A stretch of 26,973 nt of DNA from an uncultured Verrucomicrobiaceae bacterium (GCA_963933075.1 CAWVVE010000001.1:1-26973); one strand, 5' to 3'; counted from the stretch's first letter, positions 1 through 9,659 are shown. Notes: a model not told the origin generated them from the letters alone. Translations and numbers: made by a program.

Positions 1-683
1 AAATCCGCAGAATTACCCCCGTTGCGAATGTAATCACATAAGTAATCACAGTCTTCGAGTGTCAATACCACAAGGTAATGCCCCCCCCCACTGAGAGCCC
101 GGCTCGCGGTCGCACGCGTTTCCTCATGATCTGCCTTGCCATGAATAATTGATGTGAAATCATCCTTGGCATATTTACGGACTCTTTTCCAGACACTCAT
201 CACATCACCACAAGTGGTGTCCACCATATGGCACCCTTGAGCCCTCAACCGCTCCATTAATGAAAGCTCCGCGCCAAAGGCCGGCACAATAACCACGTCA
301 TCCTCCCCCAAATCACTGATCCTGACATCGGGACATTGACCCCCGATATTCTTTATCTCCATCTCGCGTAACTGACGGTTAACCTCGGGATTATGGATAA
401 TCTCGCCAATCAGGTATATATTATTGCCCGTAAACACCCTTCTGGCTGCATAGGCCAGATCGATAGCCCGCTCTACGCCATAGCAAAAACCAAACTGTTT
501 TGCCAATCTCACAGTCGTGTTGCCCAAGATGAGCTTTCCGTCTCCCTTGTGCAGTTTTTCAACGATCTGACTGCGGTAGTGCTGCTCCACCTCGGCCTCC
601 ACCCGTTCCATTATGGCAGGAGTCCGAATATTGATGCGCTTTGCCTTCTTTTTTGAAGGTTCTTTTTCCTTACTCGTCGACAT
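1..683 (-). CDS. ispH: 4-hydroxy-3-methylbut-2-enyl diphosphate reductase (IspH/LytB), 3' end runs off the window
   Basis: Absent from the ORF track; translated by hand from ATG at 683: MSTSKEKEPSKKKAKRINIRT...AKQFGFCYGVERAIDLA...LIGEIIHNPEVN...VIVPAFG...VDTTCGDV...IIHGKADHEET. Two Fe-S Cys plus the HNP and HEE motifs are present; open to the window edge. Confidence 0.96.
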   Translation of the reverse strand, partial: MSTSKEKEPSKKKAKRINIRTPAIMERVEAEVEQHYRSQIVEKLHKGDGKLILGNTTVRLAKQFGFCYGVERAIDLAYAARRVFTGNNIYLIGEIIHNPEVNRQLREMEIKNIGGQCPDVRISDLGEDDVVIVPAFGAELSLMERLRAQGCHMVDTTCGDVMSVWKRVRKYAKDDFTSIIHGKADHEETRATASRALSGGGHYLVVLTLEDCDYLCDYIRNGGNSAD

Positions 684-904
684 CGACCGGGTCAATTCTC
701 ACAATGATGGTTCAAACGACATCAAATCCTGAAAATAGCAACCCGAGAACAAGTGAAGATGTTAAGAAAATGATCATTCTTAATTCAAAATCAAGTTCCA
801 CGGTTTCCTGGATATAAAGTAGCCTGGTAAAACCTATCTTTACCACAAATCCTATATATACCGGCTTTTATAAGGAAAACTGAAAAGTTTTGCCTTATTT
901 ATAT

Positions 905-932
905 TTGACATAATTTAAACAATTACTATCTT
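905..932 (+). promoter_or_regulatory. sigma70-type promoter: TTGACA (905-910), 16-nt AT-rich spacer, TATCTT (927-932)
   Basis: Perfect -35 hexamer and a TAnnnT -10 in an AT-rich intergenic region; no + strand CDS follows. Confidence 0.6.
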
Positions 933-937
933 TTTGC

Positions 938-1017
938 GTTACTAGTCTGTAACTGTTTGTTTGTGTTTCATGTTGTAAAGAACGTCCGGTTTATCCAAAT
1001 CGGACGTTCTTTATTTT
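938..1017 (+). ncRNA. candidate small non-coding RNA (~80 nt)
   Basis: Lies between the promoter and the terminator; 5' hairpin GTTAC-tagtct-GTAAC (938-953), U-rich single-stranded stretch (954-975); only ORF is ATG-TTG-TAA. No known RNA family recognised. Confidence 0.42.
976..1017 (+). terminator. intrinsic terminator (possibly bidirectional)
   Basis: TAAAGAACGTCCGGTTT-atcc-AAATCGGACGTTCTTTA: 17-bp stem with one G-U pair and a 4-nt loop, ending in TTCTTTATTTT on the + strand. Confidence 0.82.
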
Positions 1018-1117
1018 CAGTAAGCCTCAGGGGAACTGCGCGAGCTGCCATCAAACAAGGCAACATGACCCATTTAAGGTTTTATCAACTGATGAGCATC
1101 AGATGGATCAAGATGCT

Positions 1118-2149
1118 CTAATCATTAGGCGGCAAGAACTTGCCTGATGTATCCTTAATGAACGGTGAGTAAGTATCCAGCCCGGACTCAAAACGCTTAC
1201 GCAGAACCGCAGAACTATCCACGGGCCCTCGCGGAAACTCCTCGAGAATTGCCGCCATTAAATCAAAGAGCCCTGCAATATCGCCGAATTCCACAAATTC
1301 CGGTGATATCAAATCTTCCTTTCCACAGTTATGGTAATTGCCCAGGGGAACCGAAATCCCTGCAGTGCGAACCCCATAAGCTTGAAGCCCTGAAGCTTCA
1401 CAAGCACCACGATCCAGCAAAGCGCGCTGAGTCCTTATCGAGCGGCGTTGCGCTGCCTCGAGAATCGCCGCCGTGGCAGTATGGTCAAAGATCGAGATAC
1501 GATCCCCAACACGGCACATTGGTCCGCCTCCCATGATGGCCCTGTCCACGGCCACACTCGTCTCAATAGACACAAAACACGAATCCGGTTGAAACGGCCA
1601 CGATTGTCCAAGTTTTGTCGCACCAACAAAACCCACCTCTTCAGCACGGGTAAAAACAGCGGCACATGAAAGCTCAATCCCACCCCGATCCAAGGCGATT
1701 AGCAAAGCCACTATGACGGCACAGCCCACCAGATCATCACAGGCACGTGACCATATCTGTGTCCCACGCACCTCAAAATCCGGTAGATCCCACATCGCAA
1801 AACGACCAAATTCCCTGATCGGGAAACCCTGCAGTAAATAGGATTCGGGAACACCTCCTAAAAAAGTAAACCTATCACGAATCCTTCCCGCATCCGGCTG
1901 GAATCCTGAGCCAGCCGGTAATTCGACAAACCCGGGATGATCCATGTGCGAGCCAAAAATCCATCCCGGTTCTGATCCGCAATCACCATAAAGAACAATC
2001 AGGTTACCAAAATCATCCTCCTTGATTTGAACCGAGTCACAAGGATCCAGCAACTGGATAATGACATCTCTGATATGATATTCGTGGAAAGGAGCTGTCG
2101 GGACAGTAAGAATAGTCTCTAGAATTTCATGTAAATGTCCTCTATCCAT
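1118..2149 (-). CDS. M42/M20/M28-clan dinuclear metallopeptidase-like protein
   Basis: Ligand motifs in the expected order: SHMDH, SRACDD, RAEEVG, IETS, GNYHN. Confidence 0.82.
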   Translation of the reverse strand: MDRGHLHEILETILTVPTAPFHEYHIRDVIIQLLDPCDSVQIKEDDFGNLIVLYGDCGSEPGWIFGSHMDHPGFVELPAGSGFQPDAGRIRDRFTFLGGVPESYLLQGFPIREFGRFAMWDLPDFEVRGTQIWSRACDDLVGCAVIVALLIALDRGGIELSCAAVFTRAEEVGFVGATKLGQSWPFQPDSCFVSIETSVAVDRAIMGGGPMCRVGDRISIFDHTATAAILEAAQRRSIRTQRALLDRGACEASGLQAYGVRTAGISVPLGNYHNCGKEDLISPEFVEFGDIAGLFDLMAAILEEFPRGPVDSSAVLRKRFESGLDTYSPFIKDTSGKFLPPND

Positions 2150-2184
2150 CTTAATAGTCTCACTACTGAGTTAGACAGTTGAAC

Positions 2185-3174
2185 ATGCCTTCACTTGCTA
2201 AGCAACTCCGTTACCGGCTTGAATGGCTGGCCATTACATTCATGGCCAAGGTCATTCCGCTGCTCCCTCGTGCAGTCATGCTCTCAATGGCCCGAATATT
2301 GGGGGACTTGGCATACCTGTTTGACTGGCGTGGACGCGAGAGTGCTCTCGCAAATGTTCGCTCAGTAATCGCTGCAGGGATCCTGCCTTGCTCAAATCCC
2401 GATGAGCTTATCAAGAAAAGCTACCAGTTCTTCGCCCGGAGCATGTGTGAGCTGTTCTGGTCTGCGCGTCTGAACCAGGAGAATTATTCGCAATTTATCC
2501 AAGTCGATATTGAAGATCAGGAAGCTTTCGACCAGGCTGCCAATGAAGGGGCGATCTGGGTCACTCCGCATTACGGTAACTTTGAATGGATCAGTTTGAT
2601 GATGGGTTACCGCGGGCACCCTTTCACCCTTGTCGCACAGGACTTTAAGAACCCCCTGCTCACTAAAATATTCAGTAAGCAACGAGAACTCAGCGGGCAC
2701 AGGGTAATTTCCTCCCACAGGGCCATGATCCGCCTCCTGAAAGCATTGCAATCTGGCGGGCACGCAGCCTTCCTCACAGATCTAAACGTTCAGCCAGGCA
2801 ACTCGGCAACACCAATCCGCTGTTTTTCTTTTCTTACCTGCTCCACCGGACTTCATGCCTTCCTGCACCAGCGCACCGGGGCAAAATTGATCCCGAGTAT
2901 TGCCATACCCTGCTCGGATGGAACCTACATGATGAAACTGCTTTCCCCAATCCTCATACACCCTCATTGCACTCCCACCGAAATTGCACAAAGGTGCTGG
3001 GACGTTTTCGAGCCATATATAAGGGATTTTCCGGAACCTTGGCTCTGGATGTATAAGCACTGGAGATACCGCCCGGAAGTCGATGGACACAGATATCCGG
3101 ACTATGCCAACCGATCAAAGAAATTTGATCTGTTGCTTGAAAATACCACGGAAAAAGACGGGGCATCGCTATAA
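2185..3174 (+). CDS. LpxL/HtrB-family lipid A (lysophospholipid) acyltransferase
   Basis: N-terminal membrane segment, catalytic H-x4-E (HYGNFE), FLTDLN, C-terminal PEPWLWMYKHWR. ATG at 2185 preferred over TTG at 2179. Confidence 0.88.
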   Translation: MPSLAKQLRYRLEWLAITFMAKVIPLLPRAVMLSMARILGDLAYLFDWRGRESALANVRSVIAAGILPCSNPDELIKKSYQFFARSMCELFWSARLNQENYSQFIQVDIEDQEAFDQAANEGAIWVTPHYGNFEWISLMMGYRGHPFTLVAQDFKNPLLTKIFSKQRELSGHRVISSHRAMIRLLKALQSGGHAAFLTDLNVQPGNSATPIRCFSFLTCSTGLHAFLHQRTGAKLIPSIAIPCSDGTYMMKLLSPILIHPHCTPTEIAQRCWDVFEPYIRDFPEPWLWMYKHWRYRPEVDGHRYPDYANRSKKFDLLLENTTEKDGASL

Positions 3175-3252
3175 TGGGTGCCTAAAATTCGCCCTATCCT
3201 GTTAAGGACAGAAAGCGGACATTGAACAATGCGGACCTAGGGACACCTGCCC

Positions 3253-5334
3253 TCAAGCACCTGCTGGAGCCTGATCTCCCCATAAACCCGGGTCATTCCC
3301 AGAGCGCACCTCATCAATAGCTTTCGGCTTTTCCTCTTCCGTAATAGGAACATCAGGTGGTTGCGGACTTGCGGGCGGATCACTCATGACCCCATCCTTC
3401 ATCAAGTCGCGAATATGGGAGGCGCCTAGAGTCTCATATTCAAGCAACGCCTTGGCAATGAGCTCAAGTTGACGCCTGTGTTCGAGCAACAGTTCCTTCG
3501 CCTTGCTACATGCATTATCGATAAAACGCTTAACCTCATGATCAATTTTCTTCGCCGTATCCTCTGAATAAGAGCGACTGCTTGTCATGTCTCGAGCAAG
3601 GAAAGTGTGCTCCTGGTGGTCACCATACTGAACCATTCCCAACTCCTCGCTCATTCCCCACTGGCAAACCATCTGGCGAGCCACATCAGTGGCCATCTTG
3701 ATGTCGCCTCCGGCACCATTTGTCACATCCCCAAACACGATCTCCTCAGCCACACGCCCGCCCATTGAAACGACGAGATGATCAATCATCTCGAACTTCC
3801 GCTGAGTGTACTTGTCTTCCTCGGGAAGGAACATTGTTACCCCCAGAGCAGGCCCACGGGGAATGATGGTGACCTTGTGCAACGGATCTGTATGCTCCAG
3901 AAGTTCATTGAGAATGGCATGCCCTGCCTCATGGTAAGCAGTATTCTCCTTTTCCTTCTCACTAAGGGCAAGACTTCGCCGCTCCTTACCCCAGCGCACC
4001 TTGTCACGGGATTCCTCAAGCTCACTCAGGGTTATGGCCTTAAGGTCCCTCCTGGCCGCCAACAGTGCAGCCTCATTGATGACATTAGCCAATTCCGCAC
4101 CGGAATAACCCGGGGTTCCACGTGCAAGCACTCCCAGATTCACACTCTCTGCCATCTTCACCTTCTTGCCGTGAACCTCCAGAATGGCCTGGCGGCCTTT
4201 AACATCAGGCAGAGCCACTGTCACCTGCCTGTCAAAACGCCCGGGACGCAACAACGCAGGATCCAAGACGTCTGGACGATTGGTTGCTGCAATAATTATC
4301 ACACCTTCCTGTGTCTCAAAACCATCCATCTCCACCAGCAGGGCGTTTAATGTCTGTTCGCGTTCATCATGCCCTCCTCCCAAGCCGTGCCCGCGATGCC
4401 TCCCCACTGCATCTATTTCATCAATAAAAATCAGGCATGGTGAATGTTTCTTGCCCTGCTCAAACATATCGCGCACACGGGATGCCCCCACACCAACAAA
4501 CATTTCCACAAAATCAGATCCACTAATGCTGAAAAACGGCACATCTGCCTCTCCCGCGATGGCTCTGGCAAGCAGGGTTTTCCCTGTTCCCGGGGCTCCC
4601 ACCATCAACACTCCCTTGGGAATCTTACCTCCGAGGCGCTGAAATTTCTTGGGATCCTTGAGGAACTCGACAATTTCCCATACTTCCTCTTTTGCCTCAG
4701 TTACACCGGCAACATCCTTGAACGTCACCTTGTTGATTTCCATCTCCATCTTCTTCGCCTTGCTCTTGCCAAAGCTCATTGCCCCACGACCGGCCATGCG
4801 CATCTGCTGACGGAAGAAAAAGTAAAGGATTAGGAGAATAAGAAGTATCGGCAGCAAGCCAAGCAACACACTGCTTAACATATTGCTGTCCACTTCAACC
4901 GTGTAGTTTAATGGCTGACGCTGGGATCCCTCCACTTCACCGCCTTCTGTCTTACCGCTGAGAAGTTCCTGAAGCTCTTCCTTCTGGAAGGCAATATTGA
5001 TAAGCACCTTAAATCCTGTCGTTCCCTTGCCCGAACCTTCTGTTTCCGAGTCACTGAGCGTACCGATCAGATATTCCTCAGCACTGCCCTCCTTTTTCAC
5101 AAGGCGCAGCGGTTTTGTGCCATCAACCTTGCCCTCATTGACATATTTAACAAATTCCGGCCACTGGACAGTCTGGAAATTCCCCCCATCCCCTTTTGCT
5201 GTAAATGCCGCCACAATCAGCATCACCGCAATTGACATGAGGATGAGACCACGCCAATTGAAAGACTGTTCTCCATCCCCCGGTTTTTTGGGATCTTCAT
5301 CGCCCTCGGGGGGGGTGGGATTATTGTCAGGCAT
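3253..5334 (-). CDS. ftsH: ATP-dependent zinc metalloprotease FtsH
   Basis: Two TM helices, Walker A GAPGTGKT, pore FVEMFVG, Walker [35 protein letters not shown] zinc motif. Confidence 0.99.
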   Translation of the reverse strand: MPDNNPTPPEGDEDPKKPGDGEQSFNWRGLILMSIAVMLIVAAFTAKGDGGNFQTVQWPEFVKYVNEGKVDGTKPLRLVKKEGSAEEYLIGTLSDSETEGSGKGTTGFKVLINIAFQKEELQELLSGKTEGGEVEGSQRQPLNYTVEVDSNMLSSVLLGLLPILLILLILYFFFRQQMRMAGRGAMSFGKSKAKKMEMEINKVTFKDVAGVTEAKEEVWEIVEFLKDPKKFQRLGGKIPKGVLMVGAPGTGKTLLARAIAGEADVPFFSISGSDFVEMFVGVGASRVRDMFEQGKKHSPCLIFIDEIDAVGRHRGHGLGGGHDEREQTLNALLVEMDGFETQEGVIIIAATNRPDVLDPALLRPGRFDRQVTVALPDVKGRQAILEVHGKKVKMAESVNLGVLARGTPGYSGAELANVINEAALLAARRDLKAITLSELEESRDKVRWGKERRSLALSEKEKENTAYHEAGHAILNELLEHTDPLHKVTIIPRGPALGVTMFLPEEDKYTQRKFEMIDHLVVSMGGRVAEEIVFGDVTNGAGGDIKMATDVARQMVCQWGMSEELGMVQYGDHQEHTFLARDMTSSRSYSEDTAKKIDHEVKRFIDNACSKAKELLLEHRRQLELIAKALLEYETLGASHIRDLMKDGVMSDPPASPQPPDVPITEEEKPKAIDEVRSGNDPGLWGDQAPAGA

Positions 5335-5621
5335 AAGGGACTTCTATTCTATCAGTTCGGGTAGAGGATTCCGAGGATGAACATAGCATAATCACCTCCG
5401 GAAAAAGACACTACCACAAACCACGCACAGGAGCAATCGGACGATTCCACCCGAAATCGTATCCCCACCCTCCCCACCAACTTGCCGGTTCCCAAGGCGC
5501 GACGGTATGGTATCTTGAAATGACGCAATCCAAGTTTCTGAGGAACCCTCCAGAATGTAGGCGAAATGGCAAGCTGTTTGGTGATATGGATGTTCCGGTT
5601 AATCACAAATAATCACGACGA

Positions 5622-8051
5622 ATGAAGCAATCCGGGGACAAAAAGCCTCCTGCCGAGAATGTCTGCCAGAAAAAAGGTGGATGGTGGCGCTTTTTATTGC
5701 CCCGAAGCAGTCGGGAGGAGCCCCCTGGTGATCCCTCCCGTCACTGCGCAAAACCGGTTAATGAAAAGCATCCAAACTTGATCGACAGCCTGAATGTGGT
5801 GGATCTCCAACATCTCTATGATGCCAGGGAAATGGCACTGGACAGTGTAAACCTCAACGCGAATCGCGGTGAAATGATTTGTATCATCGGGCCCAGTGGT
5901 TGCGGCAAAAGCACACTTATCCGTGCGCTGGCCGGTCATCTGCAACCGACGAGTGGTGATGTCCTAATCAACGGGCATTCCCTATACAAAAACCTTTCCA
6001 GTATTCAGCATTATATTTCATACATACCGGAGGATGACACCTTCGATCCACTGCTTAGCGTCGAGGAGAACATAGATTGCGCATCAGTAATTCGCTGCCC
6101 CCATATGAACCTCGCTGAACGCCGCAAGCGCGCCGATTCAATCCTCGTCGAACTCGGCCTTAGTGAATGCCGTCACCGGCGGGCAGGCAATTCACAAAAC
6201 AAGTTACTTTCCGGGGGCGAGCGCAAGCGCCTTAATGCGGGCCTGGACATGATCAGCACTGCTGAGGTGTTTCTCTTTGATGAACCTACCTCAGGACTCT
6301 CCTCAAAGGATTCCGAGCACGTCATGGAAATTATCTGCGGTCTTTCCCGGGATAAAATCACATTTGTCAGCATTCATCAGCCAAGCTCACGCCTCTTTCA
6401 TCTATTCCACAAGGCACTGCTGCTGGATAAGGGCGGCAAGGTCGCCTTCTTCGGCCCCCCTGGGGATATGCTCGACTACTTCAAAAATGCTCACGTAGGG
6501 GAAAGCCATCCCTTTCCCGCCAATGCAACACTAACAGGGTCAGATGACACGCCCAGGCAACCGGATTTTATCTTCGATGTTCTGGAGGCGCCCCTGCGTG
6601 ACTCCAACGGGAAAATCGTTTATGAACAGGATTCCCGTGGTCATTTCACTCATGCCCGCCGCTTCCCGCCGGACTTTTGGGCCGAACGTTTTCAGGAATA
6701 CCTTACATCGCAGGAACAAAAAGAACCGCTGACTGATTCATCAGGCAAGCGTGGACTCGTCGCGAAAATCTTACCTCGTCCTCCGAAAAGTGGCTTTAGG
6801 GAAAGCCTGCTTCACTTCGCCACCCATTTGAAACGAGCGTTCTTAAGTAAACTTCGCAACAGGGCAACCCTCATAACGACACTGTTGGCGGCTCCCTCAC
6901 TGGCCTCTTTAATCGCAACAACATTACGCTACTCAAAAGAAGCGCAATACACCTTCGGCGCGGCATCTCACATCCCCGCCTACTTGTTTCTAACCCTCCT
7001 GGTGGCCCTATTCCTTGGGCTAACAAACAGTGTAGACGAGATCATTCGTGACCGTGGCATGCTGACAAGGGAGCGCGGTCACGGAATCCGGGTGCGGCAA
7101 TATATCTCAGGAAAGTTCATTACCCTTGGCACTTTTGCCCTCTTGCAATGCGTCATCTACCTCGTAATAGGCAACGCCATACTCGAAATCCGGGACATGT
7201 TCTGGAGCTATCTTGGCTGGATGCTGATTACAGCCCTCACTGGGGTAGCCATTGGACTGTTCATCTCAAGCGTAGTGCGCGACTCAAAGACAGCGCTTAA
7301 CATCATACCGCTTGTATTAATACCGCAAATCATCCTTGGCGGTGCACTCATCAAATATGAAGAAATGAACCGCAACCTGCACCTTGTCTTCAGCATTCGG
7401 GAATGGTTTGCCGGCAATCAAGAAGCCCCGCCAATACAAACAAGTGATTTAAAGGTCCCTTTACTATGTGAGCTGATGCCCTTGCGATGGGCATACGAGT
7501 CCTTGGTCATCACTCAAGACACACTCAACCCCCTTGCGCAAACGGCATCAGAAATTGCAGCCGGGCAAAAAGCACTGCTCTTGAAACCGGATCACAACAA
7601 TGACGGCCTTTCAGACCTGGATCCCATGGAACTTGAGAAACTCAATGACCTCAAGGATGCGCAGGCGGCAATCTTCAGTCTCGAGGCGGACAATTATCAT
7701 GAGCTGAAAAAGCACCTTGAGAAGATGAACCGGGACCTGCGCTCCGGGAATTTCAACCTGGAGGAAATCAATCACTCCCTCAAGCCGGATGCCATATCGG
7801 CGCTCGATGCCTATCAGAACCAGGGGATACGTGACCTGGTGGCCAAAGCGGAAATCGAGACAGAGGACTATCGGCTCTACGAAGAAAATCCCGGGCAAAT
7901 GCGGCCAAACGTTTTCTTCGGTCAAAGTAAAAACTATTTTGGCGTGGCAATGCAGACCCTGCACAGCAATTTACTCGCCATGTTCGCCTTTATCACCATG
8001 TCCCTCTCGGCACTGGCTGTAACCCTAAGGCGACAACTTAAGCGGGTGTAA
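5622..8051 (+). CDS. fused ABC transporter, NBD followed by ABC-2-type permease (ABCG/White-like topology)
   Basis: GPSGCGKST, LSGGERKR, FLFDEPTSGL, SIHQP, then about 6 hydrophobic helices including EIIRDRGMLTRER and LIPQIILGG, with a long soluble loop before the last TM. Confidence 0.92.
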   Translation: MKQSGDKKPPAENVCQKKGGWWRFLLPRSSREEPPGDPSRHCAKPVNEKHPNLIDSLNVVDLQHLYDAREMALDSVNLNANRGEMICIIGPSGCGKSTLIRALAGHLQPTSGDVLINGHSLYKNLSSIQHYISYIPEDDTFDPLLSVEENIDCASVIRCPHMNLAERRKRADSILVELGLSECRHRRAGNSQNKLLSGGERKRLNAGLDMISTAEVFLFDEPTSGLSSKDSEHVMEIICGLSRDKITFVSIHQPSSRLFHLFHKALLLDKGGKVAFFGPPGDMLDYFKNAHVGESHPFPANATLTGSDDTPRQPDFIFDVLEAPLRDSNGKIVYEQDSRGHFTHARRFPPDFWAERFQEYLTSQEQKEPLTDSSGKRGLVAKILPRPPKSGFRESLLHFATHLKRAFLSKLRNRATLITTLLAAPSLASLIATTLRYSKEAQYTFGAASHIPAYLFLTLLVALFLGLTNSVDEIIRDRGMLTRERGHGIRVRQYISGKFITLGTFALLQCVIYLVIGNAILEIRDMFWSYLGWMLITALTGVAIGLFISSVVRDSKTALNIIPLVLIPQIILGGALIKYEEMNRNLHLVFSIREWFAGNQEAPPIQTSDLKVPLLCELMPLRWAYESLVITQDTLNPLAQTASEIAAGQKALLLKPDHNNDGLSDLDPMELEKLNDLKDAQAAIFSLEADNYHELKKHLEKMNRDLRSGNFNLEEINHSLKPDAISALDAYQNQGIRDLVAKAEIETEDYRLYEENPGQMRPNVFFGQSKNYFGVAMQTLHSNLLAMFAFITMSLSALAVTLRRQLKRV

Positions 8052-8124
8052 GAGATAGGACGTAACAACCTCTACGTTTCCGGGATGTAACGGGCTCATG
8101 CCCGATGGGTAAGGTCGGCAACGG

Positions 8125-8814
8125 CTACTCCTCAACACCCATGACCCGGCTAAAACCAGAACGAAGTCCCCCGGAAAGGGTGCTTCTCAGTGCGCCAGGT
8201 GAAAGAGCACCAAGCACATGCCGGCCATATGCTGAACGGCAGAAGAACACGGTAAGCACCTCACCTTCCCAATCACGGACACTCGCCGCAGTGGAAACAC
8301 TGTTGGTTGCCGTGTCTTCAAGTTCTCCACGCGCGCGTTGCCAACCTTCCGCCAAGGCTATACCGGAAGCAACAAGGCTCGGATCTGCTCCTGATTCCAC
8401 GAGTTCATTGCCGCCCAAGTCAGTGATAAACAAGCCGGTTAGATCATTCTTTTCTGCAGCCCACGCCACAAAGCTCTCCAGGCGTTCCACCAAGGTAACC
8501 CCGCTGCCAGGCAGAACCCTGACTCCTGGCTCTGCTCCTAACCCGGTTCCACTGCCCTCAGAGCGTAACAAGCCACTTCTCAATGCACGCTCTTTAATTG
8601 CCGCCAACTGCTCGGAGGCGCGCCCGAGTTCCCTATGTTCCACCGGGAATTCAACGCGCTTCTCCGTGCCGACATCCACAGGATCCCCAAACAAATCCAC
8701 CAGGGGATCATCTTCCCCGACGACCGTGCCATCCTCGACCTTCTCGCTGACCAGTTCCGCGCCGAGGCGGGCCAGTTCATCAGTATCAATCCAAAAGCTG
8801 TTTGACGCCATCAT
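8125..8814 (-). CDS. hypothetical protein with acidic N-terminal region and C-terminal roadblock/LC7 (MglB-like) domain
   Basis: Start reassigned to ATG 8814 (or 8811) behind GAGGA, because the longer ORF overlaps parA. C-terminal half RLESFVAWAAEKNDLTGLFITDLGGNELV...EVLTVFFCRSAYGRHVLGAL...LRSGFSRVM follows the helix-beta-beta-helix-beta(3)-helix roadblock pattern. Confidence 0.66.
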   Translation of the reverse strand: MMASNSFWIDTDELARLGAELVSEKVEDGTVVGEDDPLVDLFGDPVDVGTEKRVEFPVEHRELGRASEQLAAIKERALRSGLLRSEGSGTGLGAEPGVRVLPGSGVTLVERLESFVAWAAEKNDLTGLFITDLGGNELVESGADPSLVASGIALAEGWQRARGELEDTATNSVSTAASVRDWEGEVLTVFFCRSAYGRHVLGALSPGALRSTLSGGLRSGFSRVMGVEE

Positions 8815-9586
8815 CCTTATCCTCAGGTTCCGGCAAACCCAGTTTGCCTTCAAGCTCTGCCGCGAGTTGGTCGAACGCAACTGCAGGCGCAACCGGATTA
8901 CGCGAAAGCAACCCGACAGGGACCCCCAGGCTGCTGGCCCGTAAAAAAATAGCATCCCTCGGAATTGACGTTGCGCACATGATTCCTGCCGGTAAAGCAG
9001 CACGCAGCTGCGCCTCGGCCTCAACACTCTCCGGTTGATCTCCATGCACCATTGTCATTACGATTCCGGCCACTCCAAGATTTTTTCCTTGCCGGCGAAT
9101 CGCGGCAATAACCTTCAGCGCATTGGGCACAGAGCGAACACCCAAAGGCTCTGCCTGCTGAGGGATAAGCACAAAATCAGAACCCCCCAGCACCGCAGAG
9201 GTAACACCGGACATTCCAGCAGGAGTATCAATAATCATGACTTCGTTGCCAAGCTCTCCAAGGTCATGCAGGACATTTTGCACCACTGACACATCAATGC
9301 CCGAGGAATCCCCGAATGCCCCCGAACACCCCGCGGTAAGCAAGCTGAACTCGGGTAAACGGGTATTCAGGACAAAATCAGCTGCGCGTCCTGACCCCGC
9401 AACCGCATCGTAAAACCCGGGGCGCTCACGGATGCCCCTTGAAAGAGACAATCCGACAGAACCCTGAGGATCTGTATCCACCAGCAATACGGAACGCCCG
9501 CGCCGGGCCATGGAATAAGCCAGGTTAATGGCGACGGTAGTCTTCCCGACACCACCTTTCTGGCTTGCTATTGCGAGTGCGGTCAC
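8786..9586 (-). CDS. ParA/Soj/MinD-family ATPase
   Basis: Deviant Walker A KGGVGKTT, Walker A' VDTDPQGS, Walker B IDTPAG, IPQQAEPL. Probable start is GTG 9586 (MTALAIASQKGG); the ORF extends to 9625. Confidence 0.95.
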   Translation of the reverse strand: MTALAIASQKGGVGKTTVAINLAYSMARRGRSVLLVDTDPQGSVGLSLSRGIRERPGFYDAVAGSGRAADFVLNTRLPEFSLLTAGCSGAFGDSSGIDVSVVQNVLHDLGELGNEVMIIDTPAGMSGVTSAVLGGSDFVLIPQQAEPLGVRSVPNALKVIAAIRRQGKNLGVAGIVMTMVHGDQPESVEAEAQLRAALPAGIMCATSIPRDAIFLRASSLGVPVGLLSRNPVAPAVAFDQLAAELEGKLGLPEPEDKDDGVKQLLD

Positions 9587-9653
9587 AGTGAAAAACGCAC
9601 GCAGGATACTGACATAAGCAGGCACATAGCCACTAAAATGCGCACCGTTACTG

Positions 9654-9659
9654 ATTATA
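9654..9659 (-). promoter_or_regulatory. possible -10 element (TATAAT) of the parA-roadblock operon
   Basis: Perfect TATAAT on the - strand in an AT-rich divergent intergenic region; no recognisable -35. Confidence 0.3.

Noticed and set aside
81-89. C9 run in ispH (also G8 at 5308-5315 in ftsH and A8 near the hisB end)
   Set aside because: Frames are intact and the genes are housekeeping; no support for phase variation.
393-656. 87-aa + strand ORF
   Set aside because: Antisense shadow of ispH.
964-979. parS-like sequence TGTTTCATGTTGTAAA
   Set aside because: Only 11/16 match to TGTTTCACGTGAAACA and not palindromic.
1094-1118. GAGCATC/GATGCTC hairpin at the peptidase stop
   Set aside because: 7-bp stem, 11-nt loop, no U-tract on either strand.
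8105-8944. 279-aa Ser/Thr/Pro-rich + strand ORF
   Set aside because: Antisense to the roadblock-like and parA genes; composition is what the reverse frame of a Gly/Glu-rich gene gives.
8815-9045. N-terminal extension of the 306-aa ORF
   Set aside because: Lies wholly inside parA in another frame; an SD-preceded ATG at 8814/8811 is more plausible.
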